Below are positions 38,074-48,131 of a DNA stretch of 64,000 nt, in pieces. The notes beneath the pieces were generated by a model that worked only from the letters and a program-made list of their open reading frames with translations, did no database searches and had not been told where the DNA came from. Location of the stretch: the NCBI GenBank assembly GCA_964007735.1, contig CAXGAI010000014.1, positions 1 to 64,000 on the forward strand, read 5' to 3'. Source of the stretch: an uncultured Rhodopirellula sp. GTDB lineage: Bacteria; Planctomycetota; Planctomycetia; Pirellulales; Pirellulaceae. Numbering within the stretch: position 1 is the stretch's first letter; each line of letters begins with the position of its first letter. The translations under genes were made by a program, and so were the position numbers.

Positions 38074-41000
38074 ATGCGTTTGTTTCTCTTGGTGCCATTG
38101 CTTTCACTGGTGTGTTTAAACCATGGTGTTTTGTTGGCATCTGAAAAAATTCAGTTGGAAGATGGAGACGTTGTTGCTTTTTTGGGCGGTACTAATATGG
38201 TTCGTAGTGTCCGGGGCGGGGCACTTGAATATTATCTCACGAACGCCTTCGTTGATTCCCAAACAGAGGTGCGGTTTAGGGATCTCTCGTGGGAGGCGGA
38301 TACGGTTTATCGTCTCGGGACGGTTAAAGAACGTTGGCGTCCCGATGGTTTTGGTAATCGTTTGGAGCAATTTCGTCGCGTTGGCATGACGGTGGCCATG
38401 ATGCAGTTTGGTCAAATGGAATCCATGGATGGATTGGATCGTTTGCAGGACTTTGAAGAGCATTATCGTACTTTGCTGAAGGAGGTTGCTCAACAGGCCC
38501 GTCGTATCGTATTGATCACGCCAATTCCGTTTGAAAAACCAAAGAGCCCATTGATTCCGGATGTCTCCCTACACAATGTGGCATTAGCGGAATATGTAAA
38601 AGTTTCAGAAAGGTTGGCGAAAGAATTTGACGCTATCTTTGTGGACTTGTTTTTCGATCGGGAGAAACAGAGAACCGGGAATGGTGTACATACTTTGGGC
38701 GGACATGAGATTATTACCGATAGAGAAATCGCTTTTAAGTTAGGAGTGATCTCAGGAGAAATTGAAAAGCCAGCCCTTTTTAATGCAGTGCAGGAGAAAC
38801 AGCGTTTGTGGTATGACTACTGGAGGCCGGCAAATTGGAAGTTGCTTTATGGAGATGATTCGCGACGTGAGTTCACACGCGGGGGGGACACTTACATTCC
38901 ATTTCGTGAGGAGTGGCAAAAACTGGTACCTTTGGTAGCCCGTGCTGAGGAACGGATTTTTGCGATCGCGCGTGGCGAAAAAGATCCCGGTAATAACCGA
39001 CCAACTCCAGAGAAATTGTATGGTGATCCCAAGGCCGACATTCAGGCGGAACTCGAGTCATTCGTAGTCCCGGACGGGTTTGAAGTGAATCTTTTCGCTT
39101 CTGAGGAGCAAGGTCTTACTTCGCCGTTGAATCTGCGATGGGATCCGTCTGGAAGAATGTATGTGACAGTGACAACGACCTATCCTCATGTCTATCCGGG
39201 AGATATTCCAAATGACAAAGTGATCGTCCTTGAGGATCTTGATCAAGATGGACGGGCTGACAAGTCAACCGTGTTCGCCGAAGGATTAAATATTCCGACG
39301 GGGATTGAATGGGGAGACGGCGGTGTCTACATTGGCCAGAATACAGAGATGTTGTTTCTGCGTGATGAAGATGGCGATCTTCAAGCAGATTCTAAAAGAG
39401 TGCTTTTGGGGGGATTTGGTAATGGTGACTCCCATCAGACGATCAATTCATTTGTTTGGAGTCCAGACGGAGAGTTATACTTTGGGCAGGGCGACGGTTG
39501 TGAGTCTCGTGTCGAAACCCCCTGGGGGAACAGTGAGTTGTATCAGGCCGGATTCTACCGGTTGCGACCCCGCAGGCAGCAGTTAGACCCGCTATTGGAT
39601 GACTTCATGGGACCAGGGAATCCTTGGGGTGTGGCATTTGATCGGTGGGGGCAGATCTTTTGTGTAGACGGTGCCGGTGGAGTAACGTTTTTATCCCCGG
39701 GGCAAATTCCTGTACATCACCGGAGAAGATTAGGGCGTATTGGTGATCCTGGAGGTTACTGTGGTATTGGATTGCTAGATGGCCGTCACCTCCCAGCGGA
39801 ATACCAAGGTCATTTCGTGGTGGGCGACTTTAAGCAGAATCGTATTAAAAGGTTCTCTCTGGAAGATCGGGGTTCCGGGTTTCAACTGAACTGGGAAGAG
39901 CCTTTACTGACATCGTCCCATCGAAACTTTCGCCCGGTCGATGTCAAGGTTGGGCCTGATGGGGCAGTGTATGTTGTGGATTGGTACAATCCCATTACGT
40001 GCCATCAGGACGATGCCTATCGACACCCGGATAGAGACAAAGCACATGGGCGAATCTGGAGGATTTCAACAAAGCGTAACATTACTTTTCCACCCGATCT
40101 ATTAAAAGCGCGAGTGGACGAAGTTGTAGCAAGTCTCGCATCCCCCGAACATGTTACTCGTTATTTAGCTAAGCGGGCGTTAACCGTGCGGGAGGATGCG
40201 GAAGTCTCCTTGGCAATTCATCGATGGGTAAATTCGTTGGATCCGGCTCAGGTAGGTTATTCCCACAATTTGTTTGAAGCGCTTAGCGCTTTGGCTACGC
40301 TGGAGATTGTTGACCGGGGACTACTGAGAAAAAATTTAGTCTCACCCGATTCAAATGCCCGCGCATTTGCTGCAAGAATGGTGGGCCGCTGGAGTGATCG
40401 ATTAGATTCGCCGCTAACATTGCTGACACCTATGGTTTCCGATCCACATCCTCGTGTCAGGCTTGAGGCTGTCATTGCCTGTGCAGCCATTCCGTCGCCT
40501 CAGAGTATTGCCGTTGCAGCCAAAGTTGTGCATGACGAAAAGGATGGGTGGATCGATTACGCATTTCGGCAGGCAGTTCGGTATTTGTCTCCGGTTTGGC
40601 GACCAGCGTTTGAGAACGGGAATTTGCAATTTGAAAATGCGGCAGAGCTTGCTGCGGTCCTGTCAGAGTCAGGTGGGGGGGAGTTAGTCGATAGTCTTAA
40701 GAAATCCTTCGATAGTCCTTCTCTTGATTCCGAAACGAGACTGGAGGTTCTGACAAATATTCTGTCCGCTGGTGATCCCAAAGATATTTATAAGTTTGCA
40801 TTGAACTCAAAGACATTTGAATTTGGCGATGAATATGATGTCAAACTACATGGAAAAGCATTGCAGATTGTAGCAGACAATGCCAAATACCGAGATGTCC
40901 GACCCGAAGGGGATTGGCAGCCGCGGTTAATTGAATTGGCAGATAGTCCATATGTAGGAGTCCGGGCCGGCGCTATCTTACTTGCAGGAGCCTGGGATGT

Positions 41001-41928
41001 GGATGCATGTAAATCCCAAATCTATTCGGCTGCAGAGGATGTCGGGGCGACTGATCAGGTAAGGATCGCAGCGTTTCAAGCTTTGGCGTTGTTGGAACAG
41101 GGGAAGGGGCGTGATGGGCTGCTGAAGTTGTTAGACGCTTCTTTGTCCATAGGCTTGCGAATGGAATTGATTGCGGCGCTAGCTGACTTGGATTCTGCCC
41201 GTGCGATGGAAGCAGGGGTGGAACTGTTGCAGGTTTCCGAAATGGACGATGAAAGTCGCCAACGCTTGCTTTCAACACTTTTGCAGCATCGCGGGGCGAA
41301 CCAGCAACTTACGCTTGAAATTCAACAACGGGAACTAAACCGGAAACAGGCTGAGCAGTTGTTGGCAGCCCTGTTATCCACAGGCCGAGCAGAACAGCAA
41401 TTACTGTCAGTTCTTGCTTCGAAGCTAGGGGTTAGTTCAAAACCACCGAAATTTAGCGAGCCATTGGTAAGATCTTTGAAACAACAAGCCATTACCGATG
41501 GGGACGCTAAACGCGGAGCAGTTGTTTTTAAGGCAGTGGCTTGTACGTCATGTCACCGTGTGAAGGGACAGGGAGGTTCCATCGGTCCAAACTTAACAGG
41601 TCTTGGTACGACTTTGTCCGGGGAACGAATTATTGAAGAGTTGATCTGGCCTAACCGGCAGGTGAAAGAAGGATTTACTTCTCTCCGAGTGATCACTCAG
41701 GACGGGAAAATATTGCAGGGTTATGAACGTAAGACGAAGCAGAGCGAGGCAGAGGGAGGAGTTGCTTTACTCGATCCGCTGACCCAAACATTGATGGTGC
41801 TAAATGCTGATGATATTGATACGGTGCAAAAGTCACCTAGTGTAATGCCAGAGGGACTAACAAATCTATTAACAGCGCAACAGCTGAGTGATTTGATTGC
41901 CTTTTTGATGAGACGAGACGCTGAATAA
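38074..41928 (+). CDS. PVC-type heme-binding CxxCH protein with an N-terminal SGNH/GDSL-like domain
   Basis: VAFLGGT..RDLSWEAD..FGQMES..LITPIPFE (SGNH-like). FEVNLFASE, FRPVDVKVGPDGAVYVVDW (propeller). HEAT repeats. CTSCH..IGPNLT..SVMPEGL (cytochrome c). Confidence 0.88.
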   Translation: MRLFLLVPLLSLVCLNHGVLLASEKIQLEDGDVVAFLGGTNMVRSVRGGALEYYLTNAFVDSQTEVRFRDLSWEADTVYRLGTVKERWRPDGFGNRLEQFRRVGMTVAMMQFGQMESMDGLDRLQDFEEHYRTLLKEVAQQARRIVLITPIPFEKPKSPLIPDVSLHNVALAEYVKVSERLAKEFDAIFVDLFFDREKQRTGNGVHTLGGHEIITDREIAFKLGVISGEIEKPALFNAVQEKQRLWYDYWRPANWKLLYGDDSRREFTRGGDTYIPFREEWQKLVPLVARAEERIFAIARGEKDPGNNRPTPEKLYGDPKADIQAELESFVVPDGFEVNLFASEEQGLTSPLNLRWDPSGRMYVTVTTTYPHVYPGDIPNDKVIVLEDLDQDGRADKSTVFAEGLNIPTGIEWGDGGVYIGQNTEMLFLRDEDGDLQADSKRVLLGGFGNGDSHQTINSFVWSPDGELYFGQGDGCESRVETPWGNSELYQAGFYRLRPRRQQLDPLLDDFMGPGNPWGVAFDRWGQIFCVDGAGGVTFLSPGQIPVHHRRRLGRIGDPGGYCGIGLLDGRHLPAEYQGHFVVGDFKQNRIKRFSLEDRGSGFQLNWEEPLLTSSHRNFRPVDVKVGPDGAVYVVDWYNPITCHQDDAYRHPDRDKAHGRIWRISTKRNITFPPDLLKARVDEVVASLASPEHVTRYLAKRALTVREDAEVSLAIHRWVNSLDPAQVGYSHNLFEALSALATLEIVDRGLLRKNLVSPDSNARAFAARMVGRWSDRLDSPLTLLTPMVSDPHPRVRLEAVIACAAIPSPQSIAVAAKVVHDEKDGWIDYAFRQAVRYLSPVWRPAFENGNLQFENAAELAAVLSESGGGELVDSLKKSFDSPSLDSETRLEVLTNILSAGDPKDIYKFALNSKTFEFGDEYDVKLHGKALQIVADNAKYRDVRPEGDWQPRLIELADSPYVGVRAGAILLAGAWDVDACKSQIYSAAEDVGATDQVRIAAFQALALLEQGKGRDGLLKLLDASLSIGLRMELIAALADLDSARAMEAGVELLQVSEMDDESRQRLLSTLLQHRGANQQLTLEIQQRELNRKQAEQLLAALLSTGRAEQQLLSVLASKLGVSSKPPKFSEPLVRSLKQQAITDGDAKRGAVVFKAVACTSCHRVKGQGGSIGPNLTGLGTTLSGERIIEELIWPNRQVKEGFTSLRVITQDGKILQGYERKTKQSEAEGGVALLDPLTQTLMVLNADDIDTVQKSPSVMPEGLTNLLTAQQLSDLIAFLMRRDAE

Positions 41929-42047
41929 CGGCTTACATAGGTTAGGTCTCTAAGACGAGTTTGTAGTTGCTTGTCAGGTAAGTATTCTTCGAATTTGATA
42001 AACTAAGGATTGTCGAAGCAACTATCTTTCTGCAAGGGAATTTACGA

Positions 42048-43049
42048 ATGAAGATTCAGTCTGTATTTATCGCCATCGTGATGTTTGTATGCACCACGAT
42101 TACTATTTTCGGACAAGATCAAGTAGTACCTGTACGAATGGGTTCAGGGAGCTTGCAATTTGAGACAGTTCCTGGATGGGGGTTGCGTCCGGATGGAAGT
42201 TCAGCCTTAGGGCCAACACATGGCGGCGTTGTTGTTGACAGTAAAAACAATGTCTATGTAAGTGCCAACAAAGGCGTGGTCGTTTTTTCGCCGGATGGAA
42301 AAGTGATTCAGGAATATCTGGGTGCGGATTATACCATGCTGCACGACATTGAAATTCGTAAAGAAGGTGATGCTGAATTCATCTATGGTGCTCGCAATAC
42401 TGCTGGCGAAGGTGTGAAGTTCAATGCTCACTCCGGGGAAGTTGTTTTGCGGCTGGATCCAAAAGCTGCAGGTCTGGATTACGCTCGTTATAGCCCAACG
42501 GCTATTACTGTTGCTCCCAATGGTGATATTTATCTATCGGATGGTTATGCCAGCAACCATATCTTTGTTTATGACAAACAAGGTAAGTATAAGTTCCACT
42601 TCGGGGAAAAGGGTAACGAACTGAAGCAGTTTAACACTGCTCACGGAATGACGCTGGATACAAGGTATGACCCTCCCCGCCTTTTGGTGTGCGACCGAAA
42701 CCACCAACCTAAAGGGCGTCTTCTACACTATTCGCTGGAGGGCGAATTCATGGAGGTTGTTATTACGGGCTTAGGGATGCCTACGTCCGCTGTCGTTCAG
42801 GGAGATTATGTGTCTGTGCCTGACCTGCATGGTCGGGTTGTCATCCTTAGTAAGACGAATACAATCTGCGCTGTGCTCGGTCATAATGACGATGCTGGCA
42901 AAGGGCGTGCTTACGGGATTCCACAAGCTCAGTGGCGTGAAGGTGTCTTCAGCGGTACTCATGGTTCCTATTTTGATAACGATGGAAACCTGTTTGTTCA
43001 AGATTGGAACGTTGATGGTCGCATTGTTAAATTGCGCCGCACTCAGTAG
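42048..43049 (+). CDS. NHL-repeat six-bladed beta-propeller, PAL (alpha-amidating lyase)-like
   Basis: PTAITVAPNGDIYLSDGY, FNTAHG, LLVCDR, THG..FD.DGNLFVQDW; signal peptide. Confidence 0.8.
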   Translation: MKIQSVFIAIVMFVCTTITIFGQDQVVPVRMGSGSLQFETVPGWGLRPDGSSALGPTHGGVVVDSKNNVYVSANKGVVVFSPDGKVIQEYLGADYTMLHDIEIRKEGDAEFIYGARNTAGEGVKFNAHSGEVVLRLDPKAAGLDYARYSPTAITVAPNGDIYLSDGYASNHIFVYDKQGKYKFHFGEKGNELKQFNTAHGMTLDTRYDPPRLLVCDRNHQPKGRLLHYSLEGEFMEVVITGLGMPTSAVVQGDYVSVPDLHGRVVILSKTNTICAVLGHNDDAGKGRAYGIPQAQWREGVFSGTHGSYFDNDGNLFVQDWNVDGRIVKLRRTQ

Positions 43050-43108
43050 TGTTACCCTCGTGACCGTAGGTTATAAAGCTTTCCCTTGGCGTTTGCGGTA
43101 AAGTGTTG

Positions 43109-43945
43109 TTATTTGTCACGATCCCACTGGCGGCCGTGATCATCGTCTGCAATGACCTTCGTGGCAATCGCTTTGAGAGTTATGTCGAAACCGTGGTCGT
43201 ACTCATATTTTCGCAGATCAACGTCATAGATAGTTGCTAACCAAATCAGTTGACCAAGTTCAATAAGAATCTTATCGGGGTGCCCCAGAGCATCCGTGAA
43301 GATTCCTGTTGTCCCCTTGTCCCTGCTTTTAGTTTGACCGTCGACAGCGCTTAGTTTTCCAGCGTGATATAGCTTTTTTAATTCCACGGCCCCCTGCCCA
43401 TAATTGATACAGAAGAATTCGTTTTCAGGATAAGCTTCACGTAAACGATCGATGATTTTGTGAAAATCGGATGTCGCTTTTTTCATTTCCTGGGTAAAAG
43501 TATCGACTTTGTAACGTGCGGGGAATCGTCCCCACGGCATGGCCAAGCAAAAAGTCGTCTTAGGGTTATGTTGAATGGCATAATCTACCCAGAGTTTGAA
43601 GTGTTCAAACGTCCCTTTTCCCCTTCCGACGCCCGTCCACGTCATGCCGAATAGCTCGATTTTACCCGATTGGAGGGCTTTTTTAATGTCGCCGCTGTGG
43701 CGACTGTTCTCCCAAAAATATCCGGGGGTTCCCCGGTCCCCACCTTCAAAGAAAACCAACTGCTCATGGTCCTTGAATCCTGCGCGATGTGCGTGCGTTG
43801 TCATCCCGCGAGCCATGGGAACGAAGAAACTATGACCAATAAAGAGCGATTTGTATCCCTCGGTTGGCTCAGCTGCTGGTAGCAGGAGTGCTTGAAGGAG
43901 CAACAAAATCAACAAGGTGAACCGAGTAGGTCTGATGAATTGCAT
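43109..43945 (-). CDS. Secreted hypothetical protein, SGNH-hydrolase-like
   Basis: Signal peptide; LFIGHSF near the N-terminus and D-x-x-G-H-P near the C-terminus. Confidence 0.6.
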   Translation of the reverse strand: MQFIRPTRFTLLILLLLQALLLPAAEPTEGYKSLFIGHSFFVPMARGMTTHAHRAGFKDHEQLVFFEGGDRGTPGYFWENSRHSGDIKKALQSGKIELFGMTWTGVGRGKGTFEHFKLWVDYAIQHNPKTTFCLAMPWGRFPARYKVDTFTQEMKKATSDFHKIIDRLREAYPENEFFCINYGQGAVELKKLYHAGKLSAVDGQTKSRDKGTTGIFTDALGHPDKILIELGQLIWLATIYDVDLRKYEYDHGFDITLKAIATKVIADDDHGRQWDRDK

Positions 43946-44024
43946 TTGGTATATTTAGGTAGATGTAGAGAGAAGCAGCTAAAACCTGATTTTAAACCCA
44001 TCTTAAACCTTTGCCAGTCGTATT

Positions 44025-45272
44025 ATGCACACTACTAAAAACTATGCTTTACTAACTTGTCTTATTTTGCTTCTTAGCAGCTCTGGTTTGTTGGCGGAGT
44101 CGCCGTTTTGGCCCGGTTGGCTGGGCCCTAATCGTGATGGATGGGTTAAGGATGTGATACCCCCTAAAGTTTGGCCTGAAAAGCTAACACAGGTCTGGAA
44201 GATTGAAGTTGGAACGGGGTATGGCACGCCACTGGTTCAAGGCGATCTTGTCTTCACACATACACGCCAGGGCGATCAGGAAGTAATGCAGTGCGTTGAT
44301 CTAAAGACCGGGCAAACCAAATGGCGTCAGGCCTTTGATATGCCGTTCAAGATTGGCGGCGGCGGAGAGTACCACGGTAAAGGTCCTAAGTCTAATCCCA
44401 TCCTTGCTGATGGAAGGATCTTTTCACTGAGTATTTCTGGAGTGTTGGCTGCCTGGGATGCAAAGTCAGGTAAACAGTTGTGGGTTCGAGACTACAGTGA
44501 ACAATTCGAGAAGGGGCACCCTTACTGGGGGGCTTCGACCTCACCTATCGTTTCCGGAAGTCGCGTGATGGTGCATTTTGGTAACGATGAAGTGGGGGCG
44601 CTGGTAGCGATGGATGCGAAGAGCGGTCGTGAACTATGGAGAAGTGGGAAAGATGGTACGGCCTATGCGTCTCCATTACTCGCTGACTTTGGAGGCGTCC
44701 ATCAGATTGTGCAGTGGAATCACGAAGCCCTTGTGGGTGTAGCGGTGAAAACCGGGGTCGAATTGTGGCGATTTCCGCTGCCTCACTTAACGCATAATCA
44801 AAACATGCCGACACCCGCGGTTCATGACGGTCATGTGATTGTCGGTGGTGAGAACCGGGGGATGTATAGCCTTCAGCCTGTAGTGAATGGGGGTAAGTGG
44901 TCCGTCAAAGAGAGGTGGTTTCAGCCCAAGGCTGCTTTGGATATGAGTTCGGCAATTGTCAGTGGGGATCGAATCTATGGTATGACACACTACAATGCGG
45001 GCCAGTTATTCTGTTTGGATACTAAAACAGGTGAATTTGTTTGGCAGGGGCCGCCGCGTAGCGCTAACAATGTGACATTTCTGGCAATGCCAGGGTATGT
45101 GGCCGCGCTTATTAATAATGGTCATCTCAAGATTCTTCGGAGTGGTACAGAGCAATACGATGAAGTTCGCTCCTACAAAGTTGCAGAGGATGCAACTTGG
45201 GCAGCGCCAGTATTTCTACAGGGAAAAATCCTGATCAAAGATGTAAACACTCTTACGTTGTGGACCTATTAG
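44025..45272 (+). CDS. PQQ-binding-like beta-propeller protein
   Basis: WPGWLGPNRDG, repeated 'D.KTG...W' blades, TWAAP. Confidence 0.9.
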   Translation: MHTTKNYALLTCLILLLSSSGLLAESPFWPGWLGPNRDGWVKDVIPPKVWPEKLTQVWKIEVGTGYGTPLVQGDLVFTHTRQGDQEVMQCVDLKTGQTKWRQAFDMPFKIGGGGEYHGKGPKSNPILADGRIFSLSISGVLAAWDAKSGKQLWVRDYSEQFEKGHPYWGASTSPIVSGSRVMVHFGNDEVGALVAMDAKSGRELWRSGKDGTAYASPLLADFGGVHQIVQWNHEALVGVAVKTGVELWRFPLPHLTHNQNMPTPAVHDGHVIVGGENRGMYSLQPVVNGGKWSVKERWFQPKAALDMSSAIVSGDRIYGMTHYNAGQLFCLDTKTGEFVWQGPPRSANNVTFLAMPGYVAALINNGHLKILRSGTEQYDEVRSYKVAEDATWAAPVFLQGKILIKDVNTLTLWTY

Positions 45273-45294
45273 TGGTTGCGGGCAAAGATTGCGA

Positions 45295-46530
45295 TTAGTG
45301 TCCGGAAACGTCGATGGCATAAATCGACTCGTCATCTCGTAATAAGAGAAGCCCCTCACTAAGCGAGGGAGCCTGTCTTGTTCCGCGTGTTACTTGTTGC
45401 CGACCAAGTTCCTGGTATTCATCTTTGTTGAGATTCGCAATAATCACATTGCCGTCCATCATACTTATGAACAGTTTTCCGTCAGCAGCAATGGCATTCC
45501 CTTTGCCAAATCGTGGCATCTTCCAGATCGCTTCCCCTGTTGTCGCATTGAGGCAATGAAGGTTTGTGATGGGGCCTGCACCACCAATATTGTCGAAACC
45601 GAAAAGGTAACCCTGACTAAGGATTGATGTTTGCCATTCATTGCGCATCACACTTGTACGACCTTGAGAAGCCCAAACTTCTTTAATGGTATAGTTGGTT
45701 TCGGTTTTGGTGATGTTAAGACGTACTGCACCATGATCTTCACCCGACGAAATGAAGAGGTCCCCATTGATTAGTTGGGGCGTCACAATATTACAGTCAT
45801 AAGGTGTTATGTATTCGTATTTCCAGAGTGGTTCACCAAGGGGGGATAATCCCCGCAAGTGCGTCCCTGTGAAGACGACGAGTTGTTTTTCACCAGCTAT
45901 TTCGAGAATCGCGGGACAGGAATAACCAATAGAGTCCGGGAAATAGGTTTGCCATTGTGGTTTTCCTTCGTCTACGCTGTAGGCTGCTATGACGACTCCG
46001 TTTTCATGTCCCGTCGTTATGATCACGACGTTGCCAAATACTAAAGGCGATGCTGCCATGCCGTAATCGGCAACCGCCCCGTTATGTTCTTTGATGGTGT
46101 CGCGTTTCCAATGGAGCTTGCCGGTTTTGAGATCCATTGCTGCGAGGATGCCCTGACCACTAAATGCAAATGCCTGAGTCGAAGTGAGTGCCGGGAATGC
46201 TCGTGGACCATTGCCCATAGCGTTATTGTATTCAGTCGCAATGGCGGTTTCCCATTGGGTTTCCCCTGTTTTAGCATCGAGGGCAAGTGTATATTGCTGG
46301 CCTTCTTTCTGTACAAGTGTGACTGCCAGTGAGTCTAAAACAGCAATCCCGGACATACCCACACCGCCGGGGACTTTCCACGCACTCTTCAGACCGTCAG
46401 CGGGCCATGTTTTTAGGAGGCCTTTTTCAGGGGAATGACCTGTACGCAAAGGCCCTAGGTGTTGAGGCCAGTCGGCAGCTGAGAGGGCCGTAACAGTCAG
46501 CAGGCAAAGGGTAAGGGCTCGAAATAGCAT
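45295..46530 (-). CDS. PQQ-binding-like beta-propeller protein
   Basis: DWPQHLGP.R.G, ALDAKTGETQW, MDLKTGKLHW, ASPLV, GYSCP. Confidence 0.9.
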   Translation of the reverse strand: MLFRALTLCLLTVTALSAADWPQHLGPLRTGHSPEKGLLKTWPADGLKSAWKVPGGVGMSGIAVLDSLAVTLVQKEGQQYTLALDAKTGETQWETAIATEYNNAMGNGPRAFPALTSTQAFAFSGQGILAAMDLKTGKLHWKRDTIKEHNGAVADYGMAASPLVFGNVVIITTGHENGVVIAAYSVDEGKPQWQTYFPDSIGYSCPAILEIAGEKQLVVFTGTHLRGLSPLGEPLWKYEYITPYDCNIVTPQLINGDLFISSGEDHGAVRLNITKTETNYTIKEVWASQGRTSVMRNEWQTSILSQGYLFGFDNIGGAGPITNLHCLNATTGEAIWKMPRFGKGNAIAADGKLFISMMDGNVIIANLNKDEYQELGRQQVTRGTRQAPSLSEGLLLLRDDESIYAIDVSGH

Positions 46531-46673
46531 GGAATTATCAACTTCTTAAAGATGGTGGCATGAAATGGATGAGCGATTTAATTCTAGCGGATGAAATCAA
46601 GAAAAAGGAGAATTCTGTGGTGTAGAATATCAAGAATTAAATCCCGACGGAGTTCTCTTTGGAAGTGTTGTAG

Positions 46674-48035
46674 ATGAAGTTTCATGCTGTGCTTAGTGTT
46701 TTAGGCGTCGTTTTGGTGAGTTGCTTAGGACCGCTTACGGGGGCCGCCTCTGAGTTAAAGGACGTTAATATTATCTATGTGCTTGCAGATGATCTGGGGT
46801 ACGGAGATTTGGGCTGTTATGGCAGCAAATTAAACGATACGCCTCATATCGATGCGCTGGCCATTGATGGATTGCGAATGACCGATTTTCACGCTTCGGC
46901 TTGGTGTGCTCCAAGTCGTCGTGGCCTGATGACGGGCTGCCACCCCAACCGACCGTGGAATAACCACAAAGGACGTTGGGGGCGTCTGGCGGACGCAATT
47001 GTGATCCCCGAACTGCTGAAAACAGTTGGTTACAGGACAGCCCTTATTGGTAAATGGCATCTGGAAATGTCCGAGGGATTACACCCTTTAGACCAGGGAT
47101 TTGATTACTGGTGTGGCACGCGGGGAAGCAATGATTGGGACGGACCCGCTCCGAACTATGAGTCGTTCCGCAGCGCATCGGAAGAATCCTGGAAGACGCC
47201 TCTTTATGTGAATCGGGAAAATCTTGGCCCCGTTGTTCCTCAGTCAGGATTTACAAAAAGGTATACCGAAGAGGTCGTAGATATCATCAAGTCAGACAAT
47301 GAAAAGCCGTTTTTCGTTTATCTGGCTCATAATATGCCGCATGTGCCGGTCTTTGCGTCGAAGCAATTTCAGGGGGGCAGTCGGAATGGTGTTTATGGTG
47401 ATGTATTGGCAGAGCTGGATTGGTCGATGGGGCAGATTGTTAAAGCACTGGAAGAAACAGGAAAACGAAAGAATACAATTGTCGTTTTTACAAGTGATAA
47501 TGGCCCCTGGTCAATGTTTACGGAATTTAGTGGTGTTGCGACTCCTTTGCGAGGGCAAAAGTCGACGACCTGGGAAGGGGGCACCCGCGTGCCGTTTATT
47601 GTTTCCTGGCCAGGCAACCTAAAGCGTGGAAAACACGCTGGGCTGATGACTCACTATGATGTCTATGCAACACTAGCCTCCATCGTGGGGGTTAGTATTC
47701 CCGATGGCCATGCGATTGATTCAATGGATATGTCAGCGGTTTGGTTGAAGGGATCAGCAAGTACACGAACAAAGCATATCTATTATTTCCGGGAGGCCAT
47801 GGCATACCGCAGTGGCGAATTTAAGATTCACATAAAGACAAGAGAACGTACAAGAGAACCTGAAACCGGTAAGCGGGAGCAGAGTCTTGGGCAGGATCCT
47901 CCGTTAATATTTAATTTAAATAAAGATGCAGGCGAGAAGAAAAATCTTCATGCTGAGTCACAGGACCTCGCGGAGCGATTGTTGAAAGAGTTTGATATGG
48001 CGAGGAAGAAAATTCAGAGCTGGGAGCCGTTTTAG
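46674..48035 (+). CDS. Sulfatase (arylsulfatase A-like, Cys-type)
   Basis: ADDLGYGDLGCYG, CAPSRRGLMTG, GKWHL, HNMPHVP, TSDNGPW, WEGGTRVP. Confidence 0.95.
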   Translation: MKFHAVLSVLGVVLVSCLGPLTGAASELKDVNIIYVLADDLGYGDLGCYGSKLNDTPHIDALAIDGLRMTDFHASAWCAPSRRGLMTGCHPNRPWNNHKGRWGRLADAIVIPELLKTVGYRTALIGKWHLEMSEGLHPLDQGFDYWCGTRGSNDWDGPAPNYESFRSASEESWKTPLYVNRENLGPVVPQSGFTKRYTEEVVDIIKSDNEKPFFVYLAHNMPHVPVFASKQFQGGSRNGVYGDVLAELDWSMGQIVKALEETGKRKNTIVVFTSDNGPWSMFTEFSGVATPLRGQKSTTWEGGTRVPFIVSWPGNLKRGKHAGLMTHYDVYATLASIVGVSIPDGHAIDSMDMSAVWLKGSASTRTKHIYYFREAMAYRSGEFKIHIKTRERTREPETGKREQSLGQDPPLIFNLNKDAGEKKNLHAESQDLAERLLKEFDMARKKIQSWEPF

Positions 48036-48131
48036 GCTAAAAAAACGGGGCATGATCGAGGGTACATGATAATATTGATATGTAAGACACCTGTACTCTC
48101 CTCAATAAGATTTAGAAATAGGAACAAGACC

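Noticed and set aside
44025..46530. BamB or PQQ dehydrogenase calls, or a recent duplication, for the convergent propeller pair
   Set aside because: Both belong to the expanded planctomycete PQQ-like propeller family. They are highly diverged from each other and show no specific catalytic or lipoprotein evidence.
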